A stretch of DNA of 64,000 nt from Basidiobolus meristosporus CBS 931.73 (taxonomy: Eukaryota > Fungi > Basidiobolomycota), in contig MCFE01000102.1 of assembly GCA_002104905.1 (NCBI GenBank), positions 62,001 to 126,000 on the forward strand, given 5' to 3'. Shown here in pieces: positions 1 through 13,590 of the stretch. The position numbers and the translations under genes were made by a program. The notes under the pieces are model-generated. The model was not told where the DNA came from. It did not search any database and saw only the letters and a program-made list of their open reading frames with translations. Each line of letters opens with the position of its first letter. Position 1 is the stretch's first letter.

Positions 1-2041
1 GTGATCATTCCAGAATCAAATGCCTGGAGATCCAATTGGACAAGAAATAGCCCAAATTACTATATCAATGAGGTACAAACTTAGCCTATACCTATTCAGT
101 CCATATTGATGAACCCCAGACTGTAAAAGAGGCCCTAAATAGCCCTCAGACAAAGTTTTGGAGATCTGCAATGACTGAGGAATATCAGGCCCTGATGGAA
201 AATCAAACTTGGGACATAGTCAAATTACCAATCAACCAAAAATTAATTGGATGCAGATGGGTCTTCAAGACAAAATACAGGGCTGATGGTACATTGAAAG
301 ATACAAAGCAAGACTTGTAGCCAAAGGATACTCTCAAACAAAAGGACTTGCCTATACTGAGACCTTTGCACTGGTAGCCAAGGTTAATTCCATCAGATTA
401 ATATTGGTTATTGCAGCCAAATATAAGTTTTTATTCATCAAATGGATGTAAAAACAGCATTTTTGAATAGAGAACTTGATGAGGCCATGTATATGGACCA
501 GCCTGATGGGTTTGTTGACCAAGATAACCCCCATTTGGTCTGCAAGCTTAAAAAGTCACTATATGGTCTCAAACAATCACCAAGAGCCTGGAATTGCAAG
601 ATAGATTCATATTTGGAATCTTTGAGTTTCAAAAGGAGTAATGCTGACTATAGTATATACTATAAGCCAGATAGAGCAAATCCAGTTCTATTAGCTCTAT
701 ATGTGGATGATCTTATTATAGCCGCCAATAACCTAGAAACATTGGAAGAGACTAAATCCAGCCTATCTAAGGAGTTCAAGATGTCCAATCTAGGAGAACT
801 TAGTTACTACTTAGGGATTAAGTTCTCCATAGACAGAAGTACCCAGAATATCACCCTAAGCCAATCCAAGTATATTCAAGATATACTAAAGAAGTACAAA
901 ATGGAAGACTGTAAACCGGCAGCAACACCAATGGAGACAAACCTCAACTTGGTGAAAACGCAACCAAATCAAGAGAGCTTGGTGCCATCTAAAAGCCCTG
1001 ACTGTCCTTATCAATCTATGGTTGGCAGTCTGATGTTCCTCATGCCTGGAACATGTCCAGATATCTCATATTCAGTGGGAGTTGTCAGCCAACATAATCA
1101 GAACTATGGATCTGATCATATTGCAGCAGTTAGGCGGATTTTTAGATACCTAAAAGGAACTGCTGATATCTGCTTAAGATACACTTATAAGGATTCAGAA
1201 CAGGATCTTGTAGGATACTCAGATGCTGATTGGGGACAAAATTTAGAAGACAGAAGTTCCACCACTGGATAAATATTTCATTACTGTAAAGGAGCAATTT
1301 CATGGAATTCACGAAAGCAACCAACCATGGCACTTTCCACCACAGAGGCAGAGTATATGGCAGCCTGTGAAGCCACAAAAGAAGCAATGTGGCTAAGAAA
1401 ACTTTTTACAGATTTAGGCCTATGTCAAAAAATGCCTATTACTTTATTTCAAGATAATCAAGGATGTATTCAATTAAGTAGAAATTCAACTTTTCATGCT
1501 AGAACCAAGCACATTGATATTAGACATCATTTTATACATGAAGCTATAGAGAATAACTTGGTTAGCTTAGCTTACTGTCCTACAGATGAAATGATTGCAG
1601 ACATATTTACCAAACCATTAGCTAGAGACAAGTTTGAATATCTTAGGTCAAAATTAGGACTAGTCAGTATGAGCATTTAGCCAAGTGGGAGTGTTGTAAA
1701 AATTCATATTTCCACCTAAATATTCACCTAACTTAGTCACTTAGATCATCACCTTCAAATCCTAGAGAATACTGACCGAAATTCCTTGTTGGGATTTACT
1801 TAGAATATTTTCACCAAAATACCAGGTACCCAGAACATGAAAATTTTCAAAGTTGTCGAAACAGCCCCAAACTTTGCCCACATGTTCTTAGGATCTTCCT
1901 TAACCTATTCTACGTGTTTGTTATGCCAAGACCAGGTAAAAGTAAAAATACTACTTTTACATTCAATAAATCATTAAGTGAAAACCACATAATCTACTTG
2001 TCCTCCCAATTGCTTCCAATATCTCCAAGACTCTTACAACA
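1..2041 (+). mobile_element. Ty1/copia retrotransposon, 3' part (degenerate RT-RNase H plus 3' LTR); 5' part lies outside the window
   Basis: ORFs 442-1272 (MDVKTAFLN, LYGLKQSPRAW, LYVDD, GYSDADW) and 1327-1680 (ALSTTEAEY, HARTKHIDIRHHF), broken by stops and frameshifts. PPT AGTGGGAG directly before the LTR. Very similar to 42383-45161. Confidence 0.97.
1692..2041 (+). repeat. Copia 3' LTR (350 bp)
   Basis: Starts TGTTGTAA and ends TTACAACA (8-bp inverted termini); same sequence family as 44813-45161. Confidence 0.95.
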
Positions 2042-3845
2042 ATGTTTACCCTACCATACTGCAGAGAGAGTGTACAGAAGTCAGCATGCAATTGCAGCAA
2101 AGTTGCCAAGCTATAACAGATTGGCCAGCATATGGAATTAGAAACTGGATATACTTAAGATTGAGGGTATGTGTTGGAGCAAAAGCTTTCCACTGGGAGC
2201 AATGCATTTGCTTTTCAATAATATTGCTATACTGGTGACCAAGTTGTACAAGGGGCATTTCAGGCTAAATGAGTCCTTTGAGATATGTGAGGAACTTGAA
2301 AGGATTAGCAAGATATTACAGAGTATCTGCTACCCTAAGTACTTCTCATGGGCTCCAATCAACACTCATACACATATGAAACAATACAAGTGCAAGGACT
2401 GGATGAACTGGATATGTATATATTCAAGTGTCCTTTTGAAGCCATTTCTACCAAGAGTACATTGGAAGCATTGGGAGTCACATGTGGACAGTGTAGGAGT
2501 ATTTATCTAGAAGCAGATCACCAATGCCAACTTGATGCATCTACTGCTTTTATGCAGGGAGTTTGTGATGGGATTTTAGCAACTATACTACAAACATAAA
2601 GCTACACATATAGATCTCTGTCACAACTGTATTCATTCCTGACTCAATGTTGCTTAGTATGTTGAGAATATTGGGCCTTGCTTCACTTTTTGGGAGTTTC
2701 CTATGGAGCAGATATATGGGAAGAAAGAAAGATAAGTCAAGTTGCAGGTACTACCATATTCCAATCTTATCAAGAATACTACTTTCTGTCCATCATGGAT
2801 GTAATAAGTCAGCGCATGGAGGAGAGCCAGGAAGAGCTGGAAAATACAGAGGACAGATGTGCACATGGAGACACCTATGCCTTTGGCATTAAGAAGCTAA
2901 GCAGCCTTAATGTGTGGGTTATCAGTCAAGTAATGCAAAGATAGGTTAGGTTCAAGATGCAGCTATTTCTTTTTAGGAAAGCTTTACCAAAGTATGCCAG
3001 ATTTCTCTGGGTCACAAGCCAGTTTCTACACCACTCAATACAGAATTCTCACAGTCAAGAGCCGGAGTGCACCTATAAAGGGGACTAGAATCTGGCAGGG
3101 AGAAGGATTATATTGGCTAATTACCTAAAAGTTCCTTGCGGATATTCAGGAGGTATCAATGGCTGAAGCAGCAGCAACCAAGCATATGTTTGCAAGATGC
3201 AAGTGTTACCAGCAATACAAAATATATAGCAACTTTGCATGTATCACACAAAAAACCCTTAAGTTGACGTGATAGATGTATCTCAATTTGCACAGGTATA
3301 TGTGTTTGTGGTGGTTGGTAAGTTGGAGGCCATGGTTTTTTTATTCAAATCATATGTAGAATACCCAAGGTAGTAGTGGGTAAGCAAATAAAGAGGGGTG
3401 ATTCTACAGTAAAATATATGAGTTGCACAAGGGGAGGTAGAAAAAGGAAATGCCATTTGGTAAATTGCTATGGTAGCATCATACAGAACTAGCTGTAGGC
3501 CTCTATACTGCCATGACAATGCCATTAGAGGCTTAAAATGAGGCCATCAGAACACCATCAAAATTTTGCCATATAAGGCAACTGAATGTACTGGCCAGTT
3601 AAATACACTCAAAGAGTTGTAGAGTGCATTAAGACTGCAACAATGCTATGCACCCCTCATCAAAACACTGCCTAAACACAGTTAAGTTTTTAACTGTAAT
3701 TAGTGGCAAAATTAGCCAAATGCCACTGTGTTCCCTTTAAAGACCGTGTAGAGGGCCATTAATTCCAGGCTGCTGGTATTATAATGGTCTCCTGATGGCT
3801 GATTCAAATTGGATCCACCAATGGGACCAAATTATTTTCATAGAG
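2042..3845 (+). mobile_element. CACTA/CMC-type DNA transposon copy A, 3' half (transposase C-terminal part plus terminus)
   Basis: ORF fragments 2169-2944 (HWKHWESH; CVENIGPCFTFWEFPMEQ motif) match copies B, C and D. Ends in ...CCAAATTATTTTCATAGAG, the reverse complement of the family terminus CCCTATGAAAAATAATTTGG. Confidence 0.85.
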
Positions 3846-5865
3846 ATTTTGATTTTGGATCATAAATCCTGCCATGCCAGTTATTAATCTATTTGCACAT
3901 TCTGTTACTACATTTTGCTGTGGTGAGCAAAGTATAGTAGTCTCTTGCTTCATCCCATAAATTTTCAGAAGTGGATGAAGAGCTTTGAAGTATATTCTCA
4001 ACCATTGTCAGAGTGTATTTTCTTGATTTTTCATCAGTTTCTCTCTCCACCATGGCTTTAAACTCCCTGAACTTAAACAGAGCTTCTTCCTTTCTCTCCA
4101 TGAGGTGGACTCACATGTATCTTGTATAGACATCAATAAAAGTGATCAAATTCTTTATCCTGCCCAGGGAAAGATCTTGCATAGGTCCACAGAGGTCTGT
4201 GTGAAATAGATCTGGTATTTACTTAGTTTTGATTAACACTGAGCTCTTGCACAGTTATCTGGCTTGTTTCTCATATATGCAGGCTTCACAGTGCTCCAAA
4301 CTAGCTGGGAACCAATCTTTACCCTGGAAATTAGCTGATCTTTGATCATTTTGCACAAATAATCAAAATTGATATATCCAGATCTCCTGTGCCAAAAAAT
4401 TAGTGTTTCTTAAATGAAGTTACATATACTGCCTTAACAATATGATAGAATATAAGTGAACTTGTACTGACTCTTATCTCTGATACCCACAGCAAAATGA
4501 GCACCATTTTTATCAATGATCCTGCATCCAGAATTGTCAAAGCTGAAACTGAGTCCTTCTGCTATGGCTTTGCCTACACACTGTAAGTTCTTGGCTCTTT
4601 TTGGTATATATAGTATTTCTTTAAAGGTCATTGTATGGCTTTCTTCACTGCTTCTAAGGCTTACTTGGATAGTTCCTTCTCCCACTGCATCAACTGTTTG
4701 ATAGTCACCCATGAATACCCTTGTAATTGAAATTTCTTGATATTGGGTAAAAGGTTCCTATAGATGTGTGAAGTGCAGAGATGCTCCACAGTCAATATGC
4801 CACATCTGAGAGTCCTTCTTTAGGTCATATTTAGTGCATATATGAGCAGCCTATCTTTGGTTGTTTCAGCATTTTCACACTCAGGCTTTTCTGCTTACTG
4901 CCTCTCTGTTTGACACACCAGTCTTATATATGTCCTTTTCCTTTGCAGTAGTTGCAAAACAGGCTGCTATTGCTTTGATAGGATCTTGGATACCTCCTTT
5001 ATTGGTAAGCATTGCTGATTAAAGCATTTACTTCTTCCTTCCGGTTGGCACTTAATTTTCTTAATTCTTCATCAAATTGCCTTCCAGATATGTAATTTGA
5101 GGTCAAATCTACAGTTCTGGACTCCAGGGTGGATACAAGGCCCAGAAACATGTTTTTCAGGCTATTCAGGATGGTAATTATCACATCCGCATCAGTGGCT
5201 GGTATGTCCACAGTTTCCATCTCATCCACCAGCAGGGTAATCTGATAATTAGATTTTTCATTTCTTCTCCTGGTGAAACTTTTGTAGTAAATAATTTTTG
5301 TCTATGATACACCTCCTTGGCAGCTGAACATGACTGGTAGGTAGCTTTCAATGCTTTCCAGGCATTTGTTGCTGTTTTTGTACGTGCGCATTGAATTAGC
5401 AATTTTTCTTTAACATTAAGGCAAATACAGTTAAAGGTACTTTGTTCTTTCCTCTGGTACTGTAAGGCTTCCACTCCCATACTTTCAGGAGTGAATTCTT
5501 CTCCAATGACAGTATCAAGTGACAGCTTAGGGCTCATAGTCCAAAGTAAGAGTCTGGTAGATACTGGAAGTGATTAGAGAACATGTAGATATTGTAGTTT
5601 TTGCTCAATAATTGATTGAATGTAAAAGTAAAATTTATACTTTACATTGTCCTGGCACAACAAACATGTAATATATGCTTATGAAGGTCCAAAGAACTGT
5701 TTGGACAACTTTGGGAACTTTTGTGTAGTGGGTAACTGATGGTTTGGTAAACATATTATAAAAAAATTGCAACATGGAACTTGATCAGTACTCCCCATGA
5801 TTGGTATGTAATAATCTAAGTGGCTAAGCTAGGTGAATATTTGGGTGGAATTACAAGCTTTTAGA
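3846..5865 (-). mobile_element. Degenerate copia fragment (5' LTR remnant, PBS, gag, protease, partial integrase)
   Basis: Minus-strand ORFs 5181-5537, 4999-5229, 4434-4712 and 3889-4101 are colinear with gag/PR/IN of the 37612-45161 element. PBS-like CTATGAGCCC at ~5530-5539; LTR remnant ~5545-5865. Confidence 0.9.
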
Positions 5866-5879
5866 ACACAATTGAGCTT

Positions 5880-6924
5880 CACAGTATTTATTGGACTGCA
5901 TGAGCTTCATTAGGCATTGAATCATAGCAATATATCTGGAGTGTGAACAATATTTCCCTCCCATGGAGGAGGACTACCAATAAGTTGTACACCTTGAAAT
6001 GGTGGCATTTTCTGCTTTGAATGCCATACAACTGTTAATGCATGCTGATTTCAGGGCAATCTCTGGGTTATTAGTTGTCAGAAGAATGATGGTTATCCAT
6101 TTGTACCAATAACATGGTAAATTGGAATCTGGAAAGATTATTGTAGGAAGTAGCAGTAAGAAATCAAAGACCCAATTAGTGATATTGGTGGAAGTACACC
6201 ACTTCTGTAGGCACAACTTTGCATCAATTACTAATAAGTGTATTACTGGGATTATTTGACTCCATAAAGTATCCTTAGCATTATCTCCATGGGTGTTGTC
6301 ATACCACATATTGGGATTTTACTGGTCTCATGCATGATACTGATGTGAGTGAAGATGGGCTTACAAACAATTGGCTATTCTTCTACTTTTGAGCTATTGC
6401 TATAAACACCATATCTAGAAGACTCTAGTGAGCTAACAGGTGCCATCAACTCACCTGACTCACTTTGTGCATGGGAAAAAGTATGGCTATATCCATTATA
6501 CACATATCAAGTACTTGCAAGATAATGTTTGTACAATAATGACTGATGAATGTCCAAATACAATTTATGTGGCAACACACTGGCCAAGCTCCTTGTAGCA
6601 CTATCCCCTAAGAAAAAGAGCTAAGAAAAGACCAGCAAAATTCCATTGTAATATCAGTTGAATTCCAAGTTTGTCAATATTGCCAACTCCCAATATCTCT
6701 GTTGTTAGCTTATGAGCAGGCAAGCAAATAACCTCTACAGGAGGAGACTAGGCCAACTGCCATCCATATCAAATTTAGTATTAGCTGCCTATTACTTACA
6801 TCAAAAATTGCATTTGAAATTCTGAACCAGAATCACCAGCTGAATACCAAGAAAATACCATTAGAATACCAGCAGAATACCAGCTGAAAATCAAATGAAT
6901 TCTAAGTTTGAGATTTCTCATGGG
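5880..6924 (-). mobile_element. CACTA/CMC-type fragment (transposase N-terminal remnant plus a terminus with subterminal repeats)
   Basis: ORF 5974-6309 is homologous to 14124-15020 (WYKWI, SACINSCMAF). Ends ...TTTCTCATGGGG (reverse complement CCCCATGAGAAA); AATACCAGC-like repeats at ~6829-6890. Confidence 0.7.
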
Positions 6925-8545
6925 GTATGTATATTGCTGGCATAATTCATGGCAAAGCAACTTGGTACAGTAGCCACATGGTCTTTTTCCCTTCCCTTAT
7001 CACATTGTGTCAAAAAGTCTGGTCTTTGGGGCAATCAGCTTGAAACTCACAAATGTAATATTAACATATCCAATTTTTGTCTATATTCATGTGGGTTTGA
7101 GACAGTTTTATATTTGCATCATCACACCTACATTGATGTAGGATGCAGTAATGGTCAGACATAGTAGGTATTTTAAATACAGCTGAGACCCCACCTACAC
7201 ATGCTTATGTACACCATTTCCCCTTTGATACAACTCACTTCTATATATGCCACAACAAATAAAGCAAAGTTATCTAGTTCCCAACCAAAGCCCACTGCAA
7301 ACAGCAGCAGAAAGCAGTTGGGAAACTGCATGCTTTGATATTCAGTGCAACAAGCAGCAATATATCCAAAAGAGTCATGTTGACAGTGTGCCCACTAATG
7401 GTAACAAAGTGGATTCTTCAGGCTCTTATTCAAGTATGAGTACTTAAATCTCTGCATAGTTGCAAGCTGATCAGGATGCTCAGGCAGAGGAGAATATAGC
7501 CCACAATCTAGCATGATATCATCTTAATGCCAGCATATCATGGGACTATCAGGAACTCAAGGCCAAGCAGAGTGCCCATTATTTGCTCCATGAGTACTAC
7601 TCTGGATTCAAGCAAGCAGGCAATATTTGGGCCTGCATTTGTATGCTAAGAAGGCATCTTAACAACAGCAGAATCTATCAAAAGCAGAAGAACAAGGATG
7701 CCACAACTGAAAAACAGCAACTGCCTTAAGTGCCCATCAAAAGAAGGGCTGAATGCTTTAAACAAGCAGAAAACAAGCATTAGGTTACCAGAAAGTGCTA
7801 GTAAGGGACAAGCAGGCAGCAACAGATCTCTCTATGAGAGATAATTTGGTGCTGTGGGTGGATCCAATCAGGATCCAGTTAGGAGACTTTAATAATACCA
7901 GCAGCTTAGAGTTAATTACGCTCCACACAATCTAATTATGGGATCACAATGGTGTTTGTCCAATTTTATTGACCAATAAAGTTAAAAAATCACATTGATT
8001 GATTGGAGTTCCAACAAGAGTTGCATGGCATTTTTGCGGTCTTTATGTGCTCTACAACCATTTTGGGTGGATCTAACCAGCCAGTACAGCCAGTTACCTT
8101 ATATGGCAAAAAGGTTGATGGTACTATGATGGCCTCATTACAAGCCACTATTGGCAAATTAAAAGCAGTATAGCAGCCTACAATTAGCTCTATATAGTGC
8201 TACTGTGCCAATTTACCAAATGGTATTTCCTTTTTCTACCTCCCCTTGTGCAACTCATATATTCCTCTGTAGAATCACCCCTCTGTGTTTGTTTACACAC
8301 TACAATCTTGGGTATTCTGCATATAGTTTGAATCAAAAAATACAATGGCCTCCCACTTACCAACCCTTACAAACACACACACCTGCCACAAGTTGAATAC
8401 TTCTATCATCTCAACTTTATGGCTTTTTAATGTGATACTTCCAAAGTTGCTATACCTTGTACTGCTGGTAACATATACATCTTGCAAACATATACCTGAT
8501 TAGTTGAAATATTGCTTGTGTAATAGTGGCAGCATAGTGATATGG
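6925..8545. mobile_element. Rearranged fragments of the same CACTA/CMC family (central promoter and ORF2 start ~6925-7800; 3' subterminal and transposase C-terminus ~7845-8545)
   Basis: ORF 7247-7447 resembles the ORF2 N-terminus (HVDSVPTNGN vs PVDSVPTEGN). 7845-8545 aligns with 9975-10640. Confidence 0.7.
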
Positions 8546-9549
8546 GATAGCTTTGAGGAAGACAAACATGTGCAGACATCCACAATTACAAAGAGGTAGT
8601 GAATACCATCATCACCAGTGGTGAAAGATCCAGCTAGCTCACTTGAAATATAGTCCATAGGAAGGCTGGCATGGTTGAGACTCAAAGAGTGAGATCCATA
8701 ATGGCTGATATTGCAAAGTTGACATTCTCTGCAAGATTTGACAAGTTTGAGGCAGTCAGCTTTGATATTTGGCTAGTGATATCTGTCAAAGTGTAGCTTC
8801 TTTGTAAGTGTGTCAGCTCTAAAGTGGGCAAGTAAGTGACTCCTCTATAGCAATGTTTTCCTTTCATCTGCATGTGGGATTTTCCATTTTGCTGAATCTG
8901 GCTGTTGAATCACCTTGGAAGTGGAAGTTAGTTTACTGATTATATCAGCAATCACATGTCCCTCCCCAGGTGAAGTCAGGAAAAGTCCTGAAAGGTGGCC
9001 AGGCAAGATGTTGAGAATTCCTGTTCAATGAATAACTGTATATTTGTACTCAATTAGATTATTAAGCAAGTTGATTAGCATTGAAGTAAGAGTCTTTTGA
9101 GTGTCAATAGAAACAAGGGCTTAGTGGTAAGTGTTCAATGAAGAGGGCTACCCCCTAGATACTGGCAAAACTTCTTTAAGGCAAAGTCTATGGCAAGTAC
9201 ATCCTTCTTGGTGTTGGAGTAGCTTCTATCAGCAGGTTGTAGGGATCTTAAATGAAAAGAGATCCAGTGAGGTAGATCTTGGTTTTTATCCTAGTACAGA
9301 ATAGCTCCTGACCCAACATTTGATGCATCTGTAGCAACAGCAAAGGTTGTAGTAAAGTCTGGGTAGAATAAGATGGGTGCCTAGGGGTGCAATTGGCAGA
9401 GTGACTCAAATGCTTGGCCATAAGTCTGGTTTCAGGCTAAGGGGAGATCAGGGCAATGGCATAATGCATGCAAAGGGGCACTCAATGAAGACATCATATG
9501 AGTTCCATCAAATAGTTGAATACTCCAAGATAATGCTGAAGCTGCTTAG
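8545..9549 (-). pseudogene. Ty3/gypsy pol remnant (RT thumb, RNase H, integrase N-part)
   Basis: Minus-strand translations KQLQHYLGVFNY, DFTTTFAVATDASNVGSGAILY and ELAGSFTTGDDGIHYLFVIVDVCT. Confidence 0.85.
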
Positions 9550-11254
9550 TGTCATGGTAGGGCAATCATACTTCCCACAGACAAGTTTATCCATATAGCT
9601 ATAATGCTACATGTATTCATATTTTATCTTATCAGTATCATCCCATCATTGTTTGCCCCAACTATTTGTATTACTCCAATACTAAGTATAACCAGATTGG
9701 TTATCACCATTTGTTATCCTACATGTTATTCAGCTTTGTAAACACCAGATGTATCTACAATTGGCAAGTACCCACATAATTACCAATGACAGATGACCAA
9801 GGTCTGTGTAACCATCCCTACTATTGAAATACCATAAATGGTATCTCTTTGTTATATGTGCCTCAGAATACTTATCCCTGAATGGTGGGATGTGCTGTGC
9901 TTTCTGGAACCTTCCAGGACATACTTAGAGTATTTTAGCTTGTAGTGACCCTATGAAAAATAATTTGGTACCACAGGTGGGTCCAATCAAGATCAGCCAT
10001 CAGCATCCCATTGAGAGACCGTAATGATACCAGCAGCTTGGAATTACTTTCCCTTGTGACAATCTTATGACGGGATCATGATGGTGTTTTGCTAATTTTA
10101 AAACCAAACAAAGGGATAAAACTTGATGATATTTTATTTGTGCTGTGACAATATTTGCATGGTATTGTTGCGGTCTTTTAGCACTCTATAACTATTTTGA
10201 GTGGATCAAGTCAGCCAGGACATCCAATTGCCCAATATGGCAAGAAGCCTGATGGTATTTGGATAGCCTCACAGCAAGATTTAAATGGCATTATATTGGT
10301 AGTATGATGGCCTACCACTGGTTCTGCATAATGCTACAGTACCAATTTACCAAATGGTATTTCCTTTTTCTACCTCCCCTTGTGCAATTCATATATTCCA
10401 CTGTAAATTCACTGCTCTTTATTTCTTACTCGCTACTACCTTGGATATTCCAGATACAGTTTGAATCAAAAAAAACTAAGGCCTCCTGCTTATTAACCTC
10501 TACAAACGCACACACCTGCCACAATTTACATACTTCTATCACCTCAACTGCATGGCTTTTTTGTGTGATACTTGCAAAGCTGTCATACACCTTGCACTGC
10601 TGGTAACATATAAATCTTGCAAATGTATGCTTGGTTGTTGCCACTTCTGCTATGAATACCTCCTGAATATCTGCAAAGAACTTCTTTGTATGTAGCCAAT
10701 ATATTCCTTTGGCCTGCTGGATTCCAGTCCCCCTCATAGGTGTGCTCTGGCTTTTGTTTGTAGGAATTCTGTATTGATTAGTGTAGAAGTTGGCTTGTGG
10801 CCATTCAAAATCTGGCATACCTTGGCAGAGTTTTCCTGATAAAAATTAGTTGCTTATTGCACCCAACGCAACTTTGCATTACTTGACTGATTACCCACAC
10901 ATTAGGGCGGCTTAGCTTCTTAATGCCATAGGCATAGGTGTCTCCATGTACACATCTGTCCTCAGTATTTTCCAACTCTTTCTGGCTGTCCTCCATGTGT
11001 CAACTCATCACATTCATGACAAACTTGAAGGTAATATTCTTGATAAGATTGGGATATGGTAGTACCTGCAACTTGACTTGTCTTCCTATCTCCCCAAACA
11101 TTTGCTCTAAGGGAAACTCCCAAAAGTTGAAGCAAGGCCCAATATTCTCAACACACCAAGCAAGATGGAGTAGAGAATGGATACAGTAGCAGCAGAGATC
11201 TACACATTGAGCTTTATGTTTGTAGTATAGCCACTCAAATCCCATTACAAACTC

Positions 11255-12495
11255 TGTGGTAATGAAAAGTATTCCATTACTACAATATCTCAAAACCAAT
11301 ATTGCACTCATTTCTTTATTTTGCTTTTTGCTATTGTAACACACAGGTGAAAGATCAAGAATTTACAACTTTGAAGGAAAAATATTCCAGACCCTGACAA
11401 GCAATCCACCCAAGAATATTATGACATACAGAACATGCAGTAGCCAACATATGTTTCAATTACAGCTCATTTGAAGCAGTACTTAAGGAGTTATGACCAG
11501 AAGAGTCCAACTATTATATATACAAGGCCACTATTGCTAGGATTACTATGGTGACTTTGATTGTGTGTAACTTTTGAACCAGCCAACCAAATCATGTGAA
11601 GCTTTAACAGGTACTGCACCTATGTCTGATCTGCGCCACTGCAAAGTTTTAGTATTGTATTATTTGTATTGCTTGCACAATTGCAAAAAACTATGATCCT
11701 TCAGAAATCTTGTATATATGACTTCCCCAGCTGAAAAATAAAAGAGAGCCTCTCTTTCCAGAATCTCCACACTACAATTACAAGCTTAAAGGCTATAAGA
11801 CTTCCCCTGCATCACTTGCACTGTTGAGTATTCTGACTTTGATAGGTACTACATCAGTAAGGAGACTGCAAAGCTCACAAGAATCCAATCTAGGTTTTAC
11901 AAGAAACTACCACTTTTCTGCTGGAAAAGTCCCCTCCAAGAAACCCCTTTACTCTAAAGACACCCCTTTAGTCTAAAGACCCCTTTAGAGACCCCTTTAG
12001 AGACCCCTTCAAGAAACCCCCTTACTCTAAAGAAGCCCATTTAGGCACCCCTTTGGTGTAAAGTCCACTTTAGAGACCACTACAAGGAGCCCCTTTACGC
12101 TAAAGACACCCCTTTACACACCCCTTTAGGTCTAATGACCCCTTTAGAGACATCTACAACACACCCCTATAGATTAAAGGGGGGTTCAGAGTTTCCATAT
12201 TAGGAAATATCTTCTCAGAAAGGAAAGTGATTTACAAATAAGGAAAGGTTACTATAAAAGTAAATAAGCCCATTAGTCAACAGAAGGTCAGAACACTGCT
12301 GTAGAAATGAGTAACACTGCCTATAGTATATTTTGAACCTAAGATTGAGGATATTTGTGAAAGTTATGTCTTCTACTGGTATATCAAACTCCCAATAAAC
12401 TATTTCAGTATCAGCATAATGGAAGTTGTAGTATATCATTGATTAGCCTCTACATTGTAGAACAAGCCCCAAACTAATCATAATACAACACAACA
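11255..12495. repeat. Solo LTR (1241 bp) inserted in the copy B transposase; contains a C-rich tandem array
   Basis: TG...CA termini; 4-bp TSD ACTC at 11251-11254 and 12496-12499; removing it restores the host sequence seen in copy D. Confidence 0.8.
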
Positions 12496-12857
12496 ACTCC
12501 TTACACAACAGCTGCAGATGTGTCAAGTTGGCATTGGTGATCTGCATTGGGATAAATATTCCTACAATGTCCAAATATGACTCCCAATGATTCCAATGTA
12601 CTCTTGGTAGGAATGGCCTCAGAAGGCCACCTGAATAAATAGATATCCAGTGCATCCAGTCTCCGCATTTGAATAGTTGCATATGCACATGAATAGTATT
12701 TGGAGCCTGTGAGGAGTACTTAGGGTAGCAGATACTCTGTAATATCTTGCCAATTCTTTCAAATTTCTCCAGTATCTCAAAGGGCACATTTAGCTTGTAA
12801 TGCCCAATGTACAACCTTGTCATCAGTATAGAGGTATTGTTGAAAAGCAAATGCATT

Positions 12858-13590
12858 AGACTTGTTCTGTTGGATAGTGCCACATTGAGCCATGAGTGCC
12901 AAATAGTGCCATTGTGGGCCAGAAAGGCATAGCAGATCTAAATTTGGCCACAGAGTGTTCAACATCAATCTTCATTTTCATGCAAAGCAGCCCCTATGTT
13001 TCACCTATTGTGCTGGAGAAAATCCATTCTATGAACTTTTTTTCTGGATCAATGTTGTGCAGGATGTGAAAGAGCCCAGAAGGATTGAAGACATGCATCT
13101 GGTACTCAATGCCCATGGCACTCTGAGTCTAGCTCCTGTGGCTTGTATCATGTAACAAAAATGCATGGCACTATCTTGGTCCACTGGTACTATCAGGCAC
13201 TACATTTAAATATTAGCCCTAAAGTAAAACCTATATAAAGCATTTATAAGGCCAGATAGTACTAGTGGACCAAGATAGTGCGTGCATTTTTGCGGTATGA
13301 TACAAGCCACAGGACCTAAATTCAGAGTACCATGGGTGTTGAGTACCAGAAGCATGCCTTCAATCCTTTTGTGCTCTTACACATCCTGCAAAACATTGAT
13401 CCAAAAAAAAAGGTCAAAAAATGGATTTTCTCCAGCACAATGGGTGAAGCACAGGAGCTGCTTTGCATGAAGATGCAGAGCTATGTTTCATGCCTTGCGG
13501 CCAAGTATAGACTCACTTAGCCTCCTTGGCACACTATGGCATCATTTGGCACTCATGGCTCAATGTGACACTATCCAACGGAACAAGTCT
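12858..13590. mobile_element. Fold-back MITE copy 1 (733 bp)
   Basis: AGACTTGTTC...GAACAAGTCT termini; TSD ATT at 12855-12857 and 13591-13593; the empty site AAATGCATTGCTCCC is seen in copy A. Confidence 0.93.

Noticed and set aside
11925-12185. CRISPR-like or telomeric array
   Set aside because: Units are degenerate with no unique spacers and no telomere motif; the context is eukaryotic and inside a solo LTR.
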